A DNA stretch of 64,000 nt from Bacteroidales bacterium (GTDB taxonomy: Bacteria > Bacteroidota > Bacteroidia > Bacteroidales > FEN-979): assembly GCA_963662525.1 (NCBI GenBank), contig OY759717.1:1237670-1301669 (forward strand), written 5' to 3'. Each line of letters starts with the position of its first letter. Position 1 is the stretch's first letter. Below the pieces are notes generated by a model. That model saw only the letters and a list, made by a program, of their open reading frames with translations, made no database searches and was not told where the DNA came from. The position numbers and the translations under genes are program-made. This document shows, piece after piece, positions 18,636 through 28,267 of this stretch.

Positions 18636-20603
18636 TTGCCTCCGGAAATTGTCTTGCCAAAAATTCCTTCGGTATTGAAATCATATAGAATCAGAAATCA
18701 GATTGCCGGCCTTTTTTTCATAATATTGATTTTCTTCCCTATGGCTGTATTATGCCAGGACAGGTTGAAAAAGCGAAAAACAGATTTTTACCAAAGCATT
18801 GAATCCCTGAAGCTCCATCCCGAATCGCTGAATCTCCAGGCAAAAAGCAGGCAATATCACCATGATTCGCTGCTGATATATTATCATGACCTTCTGCATT
18901 CGTTTTCTATTAATTCAGGAAGAATGAACCGATGGCAACGGATAGCCTATTATTATGAGACCGGATTAGTCAGGTCAAGCCTGGAACTGACAGATTCAGC
19001 AATACAAGCGTACGAATCAGCCCTGGCGCTCATCGACAAGCAATTAAATCCAAGGGAATATCTGCGGCTCAATATGGAGATGGCATACTCTTACCGTGAA
19101 CTCAGCATGTACAAGAAATCAAACAGTCTGTATCTTGAAGTTCTTAGTTTACCGGCAATACAGAAAGATACCGCTGAGCAGATACATTGTAGCTATTTTT
19201 TAGCTGAAAACTATGAAAACCTTGGAGAATATCAAAAGTCAATGGAACTCTGCCAGAAATTATACAATTACTCTATGCGGAAAGGTGATTATGCCAACGC
19301 GTCCTATAACCTAACCCAGATAGGAAGGATGGCGGCCTTTCTTGAAAAAGACACTTCTTTCCTTGAGTATTATCATCTGGCCAATAATCTGGCCCTGAAG
19401 TCGGATGTAAAATCAAGAACAGGCAACAATTTGGTAAGCACTGGATATGCATATAACGATCTGGGTCTCCCTGGGAAAGCATTGCCCTATTTTATTGCCG
19501 GTGAAAGATTCTCAGATGCATATTCGCCACGCGATCATCTTTACTGTCTGTCCGGATTAAGCAGAACCTATCTGAAAATTGACAGTTTAGCACAGGCCCT
19601 AAATTATGCAAGAAAATCGATGAAGATAGCAACTGCCATTCAGGGGTATGAATGGATGTCGGGTTCATGCGAAGTGATGGCAGATTGCTATATAAAATTG
19701 CACAATTACGATTCGGCCAGATACTTCCTGCTCGAAGCTGTTATTACGAGCAGGAAGACTAGGAACGGGAGTATCGCCTCAAACATGTTCAGAAAATTGT
19801 CGGATGTCAATACTGCATTGCATGATTACCCGGCTGCTATTGCATATCTGGATACCGCATATAATTCCTTTGTTGATTTCGTCAGGAAAAATAATGACGA
19901 TAAGCTCGCGAAGCTGCGCATTGAATCCGATTACTATATCCATAAGTCCCGGATAACTGAATTGATCACAAAAAACAAAATCGAAAAAGAAAAAAGCAAA
20001 CATATGATCATTATGTTTTCAGCTATTTCCGTGATTCTTTGCTTGAGTATTCTTTTTTCGGTATTACGCCTCAGGCAATTGAGAAAGCTGAAAGAATCCT
20101 ATATCGGCCTGATTAAAAAAAACATTGAGCTTGATCAATTGAATAAAAAACTGGCGGCGTGTGAATCAAGACCTTCAAAAAAAACCAGACAAGAATCTCA
20201 GACCAAAGAGGAAGAAGTTATTGCCGGAAAATTAAAAACACTATTCAAGCGTGATGAAATATTTACCAACCCTGGAATATCCCTGAAAATGCTGGCCAAT
20301 GAATTGAAAACCAATACTTCATACTTATCAGCTACCATTAACCATCATTTCGAATGCAATCTGAAAACATTGATTAATAAATACCGTGTAGATAAAGCAA
20401 GAAAAATGATGATTTCTGATCAATTCAGTCATTATAGCATGGACGGGATAGCCCGGGAGGTCGGCTTCAATTCCCGCTCAGTTTTTTACAGTGCATTTAA
20501 AGGAATAACTGGGATAATCCCAACGATTTACATTCAAAACTATAAAATCGCATTGGACAGTGCGGAAATGAAAGAAACGGATGAGAACTGTCCTGTTTCA
20601 TAA
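18636..20603 (+). CDS. TPR-repeat, single-TM, C-terminal AraC/XylS-type HTH transcriptional regulator
   Basis: TPR-like repeats, a TM segment (IIMFSAISVILCLSILFSVL), and an AraC HTH region at the C-terminus (..YLSATINHHF.. IAREVGFNSRSVFYSAFK). The start is uncertain; the ORF track uses the TTG at 18636. Confidence 0.7.
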   Translation: MPPEIVLPKIPSVLKSYRIRNQIAGLFFIILIFFPMAVLCQDRLKKRKTDFYQSIESLKLHPESLNLQAKSRQYHHDSLLIYYHDLLHSFSINSGRMNRWQRIAYYYETGLVRSSLELTDSAIQAYESALALIDKQLNPREYLRLNMEMAYSYRELSMYKKSNSLYLEVLSLPAIQKDTAEQIHCSYFLAENYENLGEYQKSMELCQKLYNYSMRKGDYANASYNLTQIGRMAAFLEKDTSFLEYYHLANNLALKSDVKSRTGNNLVSTGYAYNDLGLPGKALPYFIAGERFSDAYSPRDHLYCLSGLSRTYLKIDSLAQALNYARKSMKIATAIQGYEWMSGSCEVMADCYIKLHNYDSARYFLLEAVITSRKTRNGSIASNMFRKLSDVNTALHDYPAAIAYLDTAYNSFVDFVRKNNDDKLAKLRIESDYYIHKSRITELITKNKIEKEKSKHMIIMFSAISVILCLSILFSVLRLRQLRKLKESYIGLIKKNIELDQLNKKLAACESRPSKKTRQESQTKEEEVIAGKLKTLFKRDEIFTNPGISLKMLANELKTNTSYLSATINHHFECNLKTLINKYRVDKARKMMISDQFSHYSMDGIAREVGFNSRSVFYSAFKGITGIIPTIYIQNYKIALDSAEMKETDENCPVS

Positions 20604-20689
20604 AACACGACAGGTATTAGTTGTTTAAACTGATAACTACCATTTTCTTTACGGGAAAATTTACATTAACCAACTAAACTGTTAATCTT

Positions 20690-21331
20690 ATGAAAACAAA
20701 AATGATCATTTTTGGGTGTCTGGCTTTTTATATCGTATTTCTTACCGGCTGTGGTGGATCCGGTATAGGTATTAATTCTGTTAACAATGAATATCTCAAC
20801 AAGCTGCCTTCAATCGCTAAAGAATACAATGACAAGATAGAGGCAAAAGAAAAGGAAATCCATGAATGCACCGATATGAATGATGCATTTAAACTGGAAA
20901 AAGAACTTTCGTTGTTAAAAGAAGAATGGGAGGTAAAAATCAAGGAAAGCAATGCGGAAAATCCTATCACAAAACCTTTACCATTTGAGTCAATGGCTAA
21001 TCTGCCCTATAAGGTAAATCAGATTACCGTTGAATCTGATAAGGTATACAAAGCAAATATGACCATAAAATTTGATGTTGCTTTAAACCAGGATATAAAA
21101 AATAAATGGAATGGATTTGAGAAATACTTATTCATTTATTTTCTGGCTCTTGATCAGGACGGGAAAGAAATTCCAGGGGTTATTTCCGTCGCCATGAATT
21201 CCGGCAGGGAGGAACTTAAATCTGGTTTCGCCTGCGTTGTTTCCGGGCAATTGGGTCCACTGGCAAAACTTGAGCATTTCGCCAAGCTGAAATTGATTTC
21301 AAAGGAAGAATACGACAAAAAGAAAAAATAG
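20690..21331 (+). CDS. Hypothetical lipoprotein (213 aa)
   Basis: Lipobox ..FLTGCGG. No other motif recognised. Confidence 0.55.
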   Translation: MKTKMIIFGCLAFYIVFLTGCGGSGIGINSVNNEYLNKLPSIAKEYNDKIEAKEKEIHECTDMNDAFKLEKELSLLKEEWEVKIKESNAENPITKPLPFESMANLPYKVNQITVESDKVYKANMTIKFDVALNQDIKNKWNGFEKYLFIYFLALDQDGKEIPGVISVAMNSGREELKSGFACVVSGQLGPLAKLEHFAKLKLISKEEYDKKKK

Positions 21332-21345
21332 CGTTGTAGTTAAAG

Positions 21346-21380
21346 AAAAATCCATGTGTCCTGAGATACATGGATTTTTT
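21346..21380. terminator. Bidirectional hairpin terminator between the lipoprotein gene and tRNA-Arg
   Basis: Stem aaaaatccatgt(gtc)/(gat)acatggattttt, flanked by an A run and a T run. Confidence 0.65.
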
Positions 21381-21457
21381 TGGTGACCCCGAAGGGACTC
21401 GAACCCCCAACCAACAGAACCGGAATCTGCCATTCTATCCAATTGAACTACGGGGCC
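21381..21457 (-). tRNA. tRNA-Arg (anticodon CCG), CCA encoded
   Basis: Folded by hand into a 77-nt cloverleaf: acceptor GGCCCCG/CGGGGTC, anticodon arm GCAGA-TTCCGGT-TCTGT, T loop TTCGAGT. Confidence 0.9.
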
Positions 21458-21486
21458 AATTAGAGTGCAAAGATAAGTTTTTTTTG

Positions 21487-21494
21487 TACCTTTG
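21487..21494 (+). promoter_or_regulatory. -7 promoter box TACCTTTG
   Basis: Matches TAnnTTTG, 29 nt upstream of the fbaA ATG. Confidence 0.5.
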
Positions 21495-21523
21495 AACTGT
21501 ATTCACTTCAAAATTTCAGCCTT

Positions 21524-22603
21524 ATGTCAGAACATATCTTAGATAAAGTCGGAGCCGGGGTGGCTACCGGCAAAGCTGTTCAGGAGATTTTCCGCATTGC
21601 AAAAGAAAATCAATTTGCTTTACCGGCCGTGAATGTGGTCGGGACCAATTCCATCAATGCAGTTATGGAAGCAGGTCGCGCGGTAAATTCCCCGGTGATC
21701 ATTCAGTTTTCGAACGGTGGCGGGATCTTTGTCGCAGGTAAATCTTTAAAGAACGAAAATGAACGAGTGGCCATCAAAGGGTCGATTTCAGGAGCACAGC
21801 ATATTCATGAAATGGCTGAACTTTATGGTATTCCCGTGATCATTCATACCGACCATGCAGCAAAAAAACTATTACCCTGGATCGATGGATTACTGGATGC
21901 CGGTGAAAAACACTTTCAGAAATATGGTAAGCCGCTTTTCAGTTCTCATATGCTCGATCTGTCAGAAGAACCCCTGGGAGAAAATATAGAGATCTGCAAA
22001 CGTTATCTGGAACGCATGAGTATAATGGGCATGACCCTGGAGATAGAACTCGGTGTTACCGGAGGTGAAGAAGATGGGGTAGACAATACCAGCATCGATA
22101 GTTCCCGTTTGTATACCCAGCCTGAACATGTTTCCCTGGCTTATGAAACCCTGAAGAATGTCAGTCCGGATTTCACCATCGCGGCTTCTTTCGGAAATGT
22201 TCATGGGGTATACAAGCCCGGAAATGTTAAGCTGGAACCCATTATCCTGCACAATTCACAGGTTTACATTCAGAAGAAATTCAGTACAGGTCCCAACCCC
22301 GTGAATTTTGTCTTTCATGGAGGATCGGGATCAGAACCGGAAAAGATCAGGGAAGCTATTTCTTATGGCGTAGTCAAGATGAACATTGATACCGACACCC
22401 AATGGGCCTGTTGGGATGGAATACTGCATTATTACAAGAAAAATGAAGGTTACCTCCAGGGACAGATCGGCAATCCTGAAGGAGAGGATAAACCCAATAA
22501 AAAATTCTACGATCCCAGAGCCTGGTTGCGTGAAGGTGAAAAATCAATGGTAGAACGATTGAAGATCGCCTTTACCGACCTGAACTGCTTAAACAGAAAC
22601 TGA
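21524..22603 (+). CDS. fbaA: Class II fructose-1,6-bisphosphate aldolase
   Basis: Full-length resemblance to FbaA, including ..PVIIQFSNGG.., ..HTDHA.. and ..FVFHGGSGS.. Confidence 0.9.
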   Translation: MSEHILDKVGAGVATGKAVQEIFRIAKENQFALPAVNVVGTNSINAVMEAGRAVNSPVIIQFSNGGGIFVAGKSLKNENERVAIKGSISGAQHIHEMAELYGIPVIIHTDHAAKKLLPWIDGLLDAGEKHFQKYGKPLFSSHMLDLSEEPLGENIEICKRYLERMSIMGMTLEIELGVTGGEEDGVDNTSIDSSRLYTQPEHVSLAYETLKNVSPDFTIAASFGNVHGVYKPGNVKLEPIILHNSQVYIQKKFSTGPNPVNFVFHGGSGSEPEKIREAISYGVVKMNIDTDTQWACWDGILHYYKKNEGYLQGQIGNPEGEDKPNKKFYDPRAWLREGEKSMVERLKIAFTDLNCLNRN

Positions 22604-22615
22604 TAACAGAAACCA

Positions 22616-22647
22616 CTCACCAACTCATCAACTCACCAACTCGCCAG
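22616..22647. repeat. 4-unit octamer array CTCACCAA CTCATCAA CTCACCAA CTCGCCAG
   Basis: It fills the gap between the convergent stops of fbaA (22603) and the usp gene (22653). The minus strand reads TTGGTGAG, giving one TGA per unit. Confidence 0.85.
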
Positions 22648-22652
22648 CTTCT

Positions 22653-23504
22653 CTAGAATCCTTGTCCGGCCGCCAGTGTTTCCATCGGGTGTATGCTGAG
22701 TACAGGTATAGGTGAATGGTTGACTGTTTGATGGGCAAAAGGTCCCATAAACAGGTTGGCCGTTGTGGTTTCCTGTTCCGTCATGATGGCAATCAGGTTG
22801 ATGTTCATGGCTTTTGCATACTGAATTGTACTGTCAGACAGGTTCTCGGGTTCCAAATGATCAAGGGTAAATGCAACACCCTCTTTTTCCAGGTGGCGGG
22901 CAACCTGTGAGGCATAAAGATCCACATTCTGCCTCACATCCTTAATTTTAGAAGTATAGAGCTTCAGAATGATGATTTCTGCTCCATGGCTCTTGGCCAG
23001 ATAACCGGCCAGGGTAGCTTTCTGCCTTGTTTCCATGGTGGAATCAATAGGAAGTAAGATACGGCTGAGGGGTTTCTTGATATCGACTCCTCCCCGGATG
23101 GTAATGACCGGACAAGGACTATAGGCAACAATTTTATTGGCATTGCTGCCTGCCCAGAATTCTTCAAAACCTGAAGATCCGTGAGTTCCGACAACAATAA
23201 AGAGGGCCTTGCTGCTCTTGGCTTCAGCGGTAACCTCTTTGTATATCTTCCCTTTACGGATTTTAAATGTAATCTTATTATCTGGAAGCTCGGGCTGGTA
23301 TTTTGCTATCAGCTCATGGAAAGCTTTCTGAACATCTCCCTGGGAAACTTCCGATGGACCGGCAAATTTTTCTTTTTCTGCCGATGATTTATTGACCCAC
23401 AACAGGATCATGTCCAGTTGACAATGCTGTGCAATGGAAAGGGCATGCAGGAAAGCATTGATGGAACAATCTGAGAAATCGATGGCGACAACAATATTAT
23501 TCAT
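22653..23504 (-). CDS. Universal stress protein, tandem UspA domains
   Basis: Two Usp-like halves (..VVGTHGSSGF.. and ..PIPVLSIHP). Confidence 0.8.
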   Translation of the reverse strand: MNNIVVAIDFSDCSINAFLHALSIAQHCQLDMILLWVNKSSAEKEKFAGPSEVSQGDVQKAFHELIAKYQPELPDNKITFKIRKGKIYKEVTAEAKSSKALFIVVGTHGSSGFEEFWAGSNANKIVAYSPCPVITIRGGVDIKKPLSRILLPIDSTMETRQKATLAGYLAKSHGAEIIILKLYTSKIKDVRQNVDLYASQVARHLEKEGVAFTLDHLEPENLSDSTIQYAKAMNINLIAIMTEQETTTANLFMGPFAHQTVNHSPIPVLSIHPMETLAAGQGF

Positions 23505-23519
23505 GGCTTAAGGTTTTAA

Positions 23520-23960
23520 TTATTTATCCTTGGGTAATTGAATTTGTTCATCAGTAATGAAAGCATTGGGATAATCCGTTGAAATTTCATTCAGAAAATG
23601 CTGGGCATCAAGCCGGGTACGGAAATCGCCCACCCTGACACGATAATTTGGTGATTTGTAAGTCAGATATGCTTCTATATCCGGATATTTTGTCTTGAAA
23701 TCCACCTGAATGGCCTGTGCCTGGTTTTTTGAATTATTGCCTGAGTCGTTGAAAATTTGTACTCTGAACCCTTCAATTCCTTCCTGTTTCTGGTTAATCT
23801 GAATATGTTTCTTAACAAGGATATCAACTTTCGGATCCTGAACGATTTCCACTTTTCCTATATCCGTTTTTGTTTTCTGGGCAAAGGAAAATGCCGGCAA
23901 CAGGATAATCATGAACAACAGGGAAATCGGTAAAAAGGCAATATTTATTAGACTTCTCAT
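23520..23960 (-). CDS. SPOR domain-containing protein
   Basis: Signal/TM segment, then a SPOR-like region (FRVQIF..YRVRVGDF..A..FL). Confidence 0.7.
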   Translation of the reverse strand: MRSLINIAFLPISLLFMIILLPAFSFAQKTKTDIGKVEIVQDPKVDILVKKHIQINQKQEGIEGFRVQIFNDSGNNSKNQAQAIQVDFKTKYPDIEAYLTYKSPNYRVRVGDFRTRLDAQHFLNEISTDYPNAFITDEQIQLPKDK

Positions 23961-24799
23961 GACAGGTTGAAATGTTCCTGGGGATGAATACTCAGGACGG
24001 GAATTGGTGATTGGTTGATGAGTTGTTGGGCCTGGGCACCTAAAAGAATACTGACCGGGGTTTCCTGTTCGGTCATGATGCTGATCAGGTCGGCCTTCAC
24101 ACTAATAGCATAAGCAATGACTGCTTTGGTGAGGTCGTTGGATATGATCTCATCCTGGATGACACGGATTTCGTTCGATTGCAGATGTGATACTGCCGTT
24201 TGAGCAAACTTTTCGGTAATGCGCTGAATGGACTTCAGATGGCTGGTGTGAGTAGATACTACATGAACTTCCGAATTAAATATTCTTGCCATCCTGACGA
24301 CACAGGGTAATTTCTGAAGGGTTTCTGATGATCCGTCGACCGGAAAGATGATGACATTGATTCTGTTTCTGATCCGGAAATCATGGCGAACAGTAACAAT
24401 CGGGCAGGAAGCATAGGTCACGATTTTGAATGCATTACTTCCGATCCAGAATTCCTCAAATCCAGAAATACCATGGGCGCCGGTCACGATAAGTCCGGCC
24501 CCAATTGATTTAGCCAGGTTATCCACCTCATGGTAAACTTTCCCTTTCCTGAGCTTGTACTCCATTTTTAAACCCTTGGACAGCTTCCTGTCATATAACT
24601 GGATTATTTCTTCAAACCGTTTCTTAGCTTCATTCCGGTTCTGGTTTGAAGTGTCAGGATAAAGCGACTCAGCGGGTGCGAGTTTGTCGACCCAGACCAT
24701 GACCAGATCAGATTTCATTTTATTGGCCAGGGACAAAGCATATTCAATGGCATGAATAGAAGTATTCGAAAAATCAACGGCAACAAGAATCGGTTGCAT
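23957..24799 (-). CDS. Universal stress protein, tandem UspA domains (paralogue of 22653-23504)
   Basis: It aligns with the neighbouring usp gene along its full length (..GAHGISGFEEFWIGSNA.., ..PIPVLSIHP). Confidence 0.8.
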   Translation of the reverse strand: MQPILVAVDFSNTSIHAIEYALSLANKMKSDLVMVWVDKLAPAESLYPDTSNQNRNEAKKRFEEIIQLYDRKLSKGLKMEYKLRKGKVYHEVDNLAKSIGAGLIVTGAHGISGFEEFWIGSNAFKIVTYASCPIVTVRHDFRIRNRINVIIFPVDGSSETLQKLPCVVRMARIFNSEVHVVSTHTSHLKSIQRITEKFAQTAVSHLQSNEIRVIQDEIISNDLTKAVIAYAISVKADLISIMTEQETPVSILLGAQAQQLINQSPIPVLSIHPQEHFNLS

Positions 24800-24873
24800 A
24801 GTGGCAGATTTTAATTTATAACGTAAAAATAGGTATTTTAATTCATCAAAAAAAAATCATCCTTGTTTTTCTT

Positions 24874-24881
24874 TACTTTTG
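24874..24881 (+). promoter_or_regulatory. -7 promoter box TACTTTTG
   Basis: Matches TAnnTTTG, 5 nt before the ruvB ATG at 24887. Confidence 0.45.
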
Positions 24882-24886
24882 CATGT

Positions 24887-25912
24887 ATGAATGACAATCT
24901 TGATCCCAGCGGAAAGCAGCTGAGCCCTGTTGAAAAAGAGATCGAGAAGGTCCTCCGGCCTTCAGGTTTTATTGAATTTGCAGGACAGGAAGCCATTGTG
25001 GAGAACCTAAAGATCTTTGTTCAGGCAGCCCGCCAGCGGGAGGAATCACTGGATCATGTGCTGCTGCATGGCCCCCCTGGACTTGGGAAAACCACCCTGG
25101 CATACATTATTGCCAATGAGCTGAATGTGAACATCCGGGTTACTTCAGGGCCGGTACTCGATAAGCCTGGTGACCTGGCAGGATTGCTCACCAACCTCGA
25201 GCCTAATGATGTTTTGTTTATTGATGAGATCCATCGTCTTTCTCCGGTTGTTGAGGAATACTTGTATTCCGCCATGGAAGATTATAAAATCGATATCATG
25301 ATTGAAACCGGGCCCAATGCCCGTAGCATACAGATCAACCTTAACCCCTTTACCCTGATCGGCGCCACCACCCGTTCAGGATTGCTTACAGCCCCACTAA
25401 GATCACGTTTCGGGATCAATTCCCGTTTGAATTATTACCAGGCCGATACCCTTGAAAAGATCATCAAGCGTTCTGCCGACATCTTAAAAATGCCGATAAA
25501 CAAGCAAGCTACCGCTGAAATTGCTCGTCGCAGCAGGGGGACGCCTCGAATTGCCAACCTTTTATTGCGCCGGGTCAGGGATTTTGCCCAGATCAAAGGA
25601 AATGGAAAAATCGATCTGGAGATCAGCCAGTATGCGCTTTCTGCCCTGAATGTAGATAAAAATGGTCTGGATGAAATGGACAATAAAATCCTGCTGGCCA
25701 TCATTGATAAGTTCAAAGGCGGACCCGTCGGAATCACCACCATCGCCACCGCGGTTTCCGAAGATCCTGGGACCATCGAAGAAGTATATGAACCATTTCT
25801 GATCCAGGAAGGCTACCTGATGCGCACTCCGAGAGGAAGAGAAGCAACGGAACTGGCATACCGCCACCTGGGCAAGATCGCAAAAGGAATTCAGCCAGGA
25901 CTTTTCAGTTAG
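24887..25912 (+). CDS. ruvB: Holliday junction branch migration helicase RuvB
   Basis: Contains [17 protein letters not shown] and RTPRGR. The ATG at 24887 is preferred over the TTG at 24863. Confidence 0.95.
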   Translation: MNDNLDPSGKQLSPVEKEIEKVLRPSGFIEFAGQEAIVENLKIFVQAARQREESLDHVLLHGPPGLGKTTLAYIIANELNVNIRVTSGPVLDKPGDLAGLLTNLEPNDVLFIDEIHRLSPVVEEYLYSAMEDYKIDIMIETGPNARSIQINLNPFTLIGATTRSGLLTAPLRSRFGINSRLNYYQADTLEKIIKRSADILKMPINKQATAEIARRSRGTPRIANLLLRRVRDFAQIKGNGKIDLEISQYALSALNVDKNGLDEMDNKILLAIIDKFKGGPVGITTIATAVSEDPGTIEEVYEPFLIQEGYLMRTPRGREATELAYRHLGKIAKGIQPGLFS

Positions 25913-25937
25913 GAATTAAAAATCAGGAATTAGGAGT
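25910..25937. repeat. 4-unit heptamer array TAGGAAT TAAAAAT CAGGAAT TAGGAGT
   Basis: It begins with the ruvB stop codon TAG. Confidence 0.7.
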
Positions 25938-25971
25938 TGGGCTTTCCGACTGACTGATTATAAGGGTTACT

Positions 25972-26922
25972 ATGAAAATGAAGAAAGAAATAAGAGCGGA
26001 AGCATTGAGACTGGGGTTTTCCCATTGCGGTTTTGCCAAAGCAGAACCAATGAGCGAACTGAGGGATTTTTATACTTCATTCCTTGCAGCCGGCAGGCAA
26101 CAGACCTTTTCTTACTTCGAAGCCAATGCCGAAAAACGCCTGGATCCTTCCCTTCTTCTGGATGGCGTAAAAACGGTGATCGCCCTGCTCATGAATTATT
26201 ATCCCCCCGAAATTATTCCATCAGATGACAACTATCTTATTTCGAAATATGCCTGGGGCGAAGATTATCATCAGGTTCTGAGAGACCGCATGGGCGCCTT
26301 GATTCCATTCATTGACAGAATTCAGCCAGGCACTTCATCCAGGATCTTTGTTGATTCGGGCCTTCTGCTTGAAAAAGCCTGGGCTAAGCGCTGCGGAGTA
26401 GGCTGGCAGGGAAAGAACACCCTGCTGATCAATAAAAAAGGAGGTTCTTTTTACTTTATCGGCATTATCCTTACAAGCCTTGAACTTTCTCCCGATCAGC
26501 CCGAAACCGACCATTGCGGAGCCTGCAATATCTGCCGTGAAGCCTGTCCCACCGCTGCACTTGAAATCCCCTATGAGCTGACTATAGCCAGGTGCATTTC
26601 TTATTATACCATAGAAAGCAAAGTTGATGCCCCGGCTGAAATAAGGCAACATCTGAATGACCGTATCTACGGTTGCGATATCTGCCAGGATGCCTGTCCT
26701 TATAATCATTCTGCCAAACCAGATCAGGATACCGTCTTTGCCGCTTCCCCGGAATTAATGAAAATGCGGAAGGCTGATTGGCATGCTCTGACCGAAGATC
26801 AGTTCAATCAATTGTTTGAGCATTCCGCCATAAAAAGAAGAGGATACAAGTTATTGAAAAGAAATATCACCTATAACCTAAGCCCAGGAGAAAGATCCGA
26901 ATTCAAATCCCGCCAGGGCTAA
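25972..26922 (+). CDS. queG: Epoxyqueuosine reductase
   Basis: Two 4Fe-4S motifs (CGACNICREACP and CDICQDACP) in a QueG-like context. Confidence 0.85.
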   Translation: MKMKKEIRAEALRLGFSHCGFAKAEPMSELRDFYTSFLAAGRQQTFSYFEANAEKRLDPSLLLDGVKTVIALLMNYYPPEIIPSDDNYLISKYAWGEDYHQVLRDRMGALIPFIDRIQPGTSSRIFVDSGLLLEKAWAKRCGVGWQGKNTLLINKKGGSFYFIGIILTSLELSPDQPETDHCGACNICREACPTAALEIPYELTIARCISYYTIESKVDAPAEIRQHLNDRIYGCDICQDACPYNHSAKPDQDTVFAASPELMKMRKADWHALTEDQFNQLFEHSAIKRRGYKLLKRNITYNLSPGERSEFKSRQG

Positions 26923-27438
26923 GACCCTGTCGATGACCGTGGCGACAAGTTCTTCGATGGTGGAAGGCTTGCTGTAAAAGGAAGGCGAAGCCGGACAGAG
27001 GATGGCACCTGCTTCGGTGAGCAGTTTCATATTGTTCAGATGGATGAGGCTGTATGGCGCTTCACGGGGAACCAGGATCAGCTTTTTTCGTTCTTTCAGC
27101 ATGACATCGGCAGCCCGGGTCATCAGGTCGGTGGAAACGCCGGAGGCAATGCGGCCCAGGGTTCCCATGGTACAGGGGCAGATGATCATGGTATCATATC
27201 CCGAGGAACCGGAAGCCATGGGGGCAAAAAAATCGTTGGGGTCGTATATTTTAAAGGGCAGGGATTCAGGGTCAAAGGCTCCGAGTTCATAATTCCAGAC
27301 ATCCTTTGCATTGGCAGAAAAAATCAGGCTGCAATCCCTGATCTGGTCTTCCAGGCTGAGCAGTTTTTCCAGTAAAAGTTTAGCATAAATTGCTCCGCTG
27401 GCCCCGGTGATCCCGATTACGATCTTTTGCTTCTTCAT
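26878..27438 (-). CDS. ubiX: Flavin prenyltransferase UbiX
   Basis: Contains IGITGASGAIYA and shows full-length UbiX/Pad1 resemblance. The ATG at 27438 is preferred, and it overlaps the upstream stop as TAATG. Confidence 0.85.
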   Translation of the reverse strand: MKKQKIVIGITGASGAIYAKLLLEKLLSLEDQIRDCSLIFSANAKDVWNYELGAFDPESLPFKIYDPNDFFAPMASGSSGYDTMIICPCTMGTLGRIASGVSTDLMTRAADVMLKERKKLILVPREAPYSLIHLNNMKLLTEAGAILCPASPSFYSKPSTIEELVATVIDRVLALAGFEFGSFSWA

Positions 27439-28064
27439 TAAAAATCCTTTGCTTTGAAGTCCCATGAAAACGACAGGGAAAGCACATTGTTGTATTGTCC
27501 CCATTCAAAGAGGATCTTGCGATAACCCGGAGGATAGGGAGCCGTGGCATCCCGGATCGAGATCAGGGAGTAATTGAACCGCAGATTGGCCTTCAGATGA
27601 CGGGTGATGTACGCGGAAACACCAGCAATTCCGCATAAGGTGACCGGTCTTAAAGGAACCGTATTGGTCACTTCACCGTTTTCAGTTTCCTCATAGGAGC
27701 CTATGGTTATATCTGCCGCAGGTCCGATTTCAGCAGAAAACCGCCGGGCAAAGGTATATTGGTAAAGCAAAGGGATCTCTATATAATGGAGGCGGAGCAA
27801 ATACATGGTATTATCTCCTTTTTCGGGATCGGAATTTTTCCGGCTGCCTTTCTGAATATATTCAAGTTCCATCTGGAAGGAAGAGTGGGGAGATACCTGC
27901 AAACTGACAAATCCCCCGCCTATCAGGCCGACTTTGTAATACCCGTCCCAGGTATCTCCATCCACCTGGCTGATATCGCCACCGAGGAGAATTCCACCAT
28001 TAAATTTCTGGGTAAAACCGCTGAGAGGAAGGAGCAGAATCAGGAAATAGAAGCATCGTTTCAT
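27438..28064 (-). CDS. Small outer-membrane beta-barrel (PorT-like/porin family) protein
   Basis: Signal peptide, alternating beta-strand pattern, and a C-terminal aromatic residue (..WDFKAKDF). Confidence 0.6.
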   Translation of the reverse strand: MKRCFYFLILLLPLSGFTQKFNGGILLGGDISQVDGDTWDGYYKVGLIGGGFVSLQVSPHSSFQMELEYIQKGSRKNSDPEKGDNTMYLLRLHYIEIPLLYQYTFARRFSAEIGPAADITIGSYEETENGEVTNTVPLRPVTLCGIAGVSAYITRHLKANLRFNYSLISIRDATAPYPPGYRKILFEWGQYNNVLSLSFSWDFKAKDF

Positions 28065-28267
28065 TTCGGAATTTTATTCAAAATTACAAATAATCGGGAT
28101 AAACATGCGTCTGTGATCAATCTTCCAATTGGTCTCAGGCATTTTATCACCGCAAAGGCGCAGAGGCAGGATTATTAATTTATCATTAAATTTTAATTAA
28201 ATCAGGCATGAAAATGGTTTATTAATGCTTAATTTTTAATAATTTAGCCCTGGAAATTGAACATTCC

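Noticed and set aside
21216-21410. 64-aa ORF on the - strand.
   Set aside because: It overlaps the tRNA-Arg 3' half, the terminator hairpin and the lipoprotein gene, so it is spurious.
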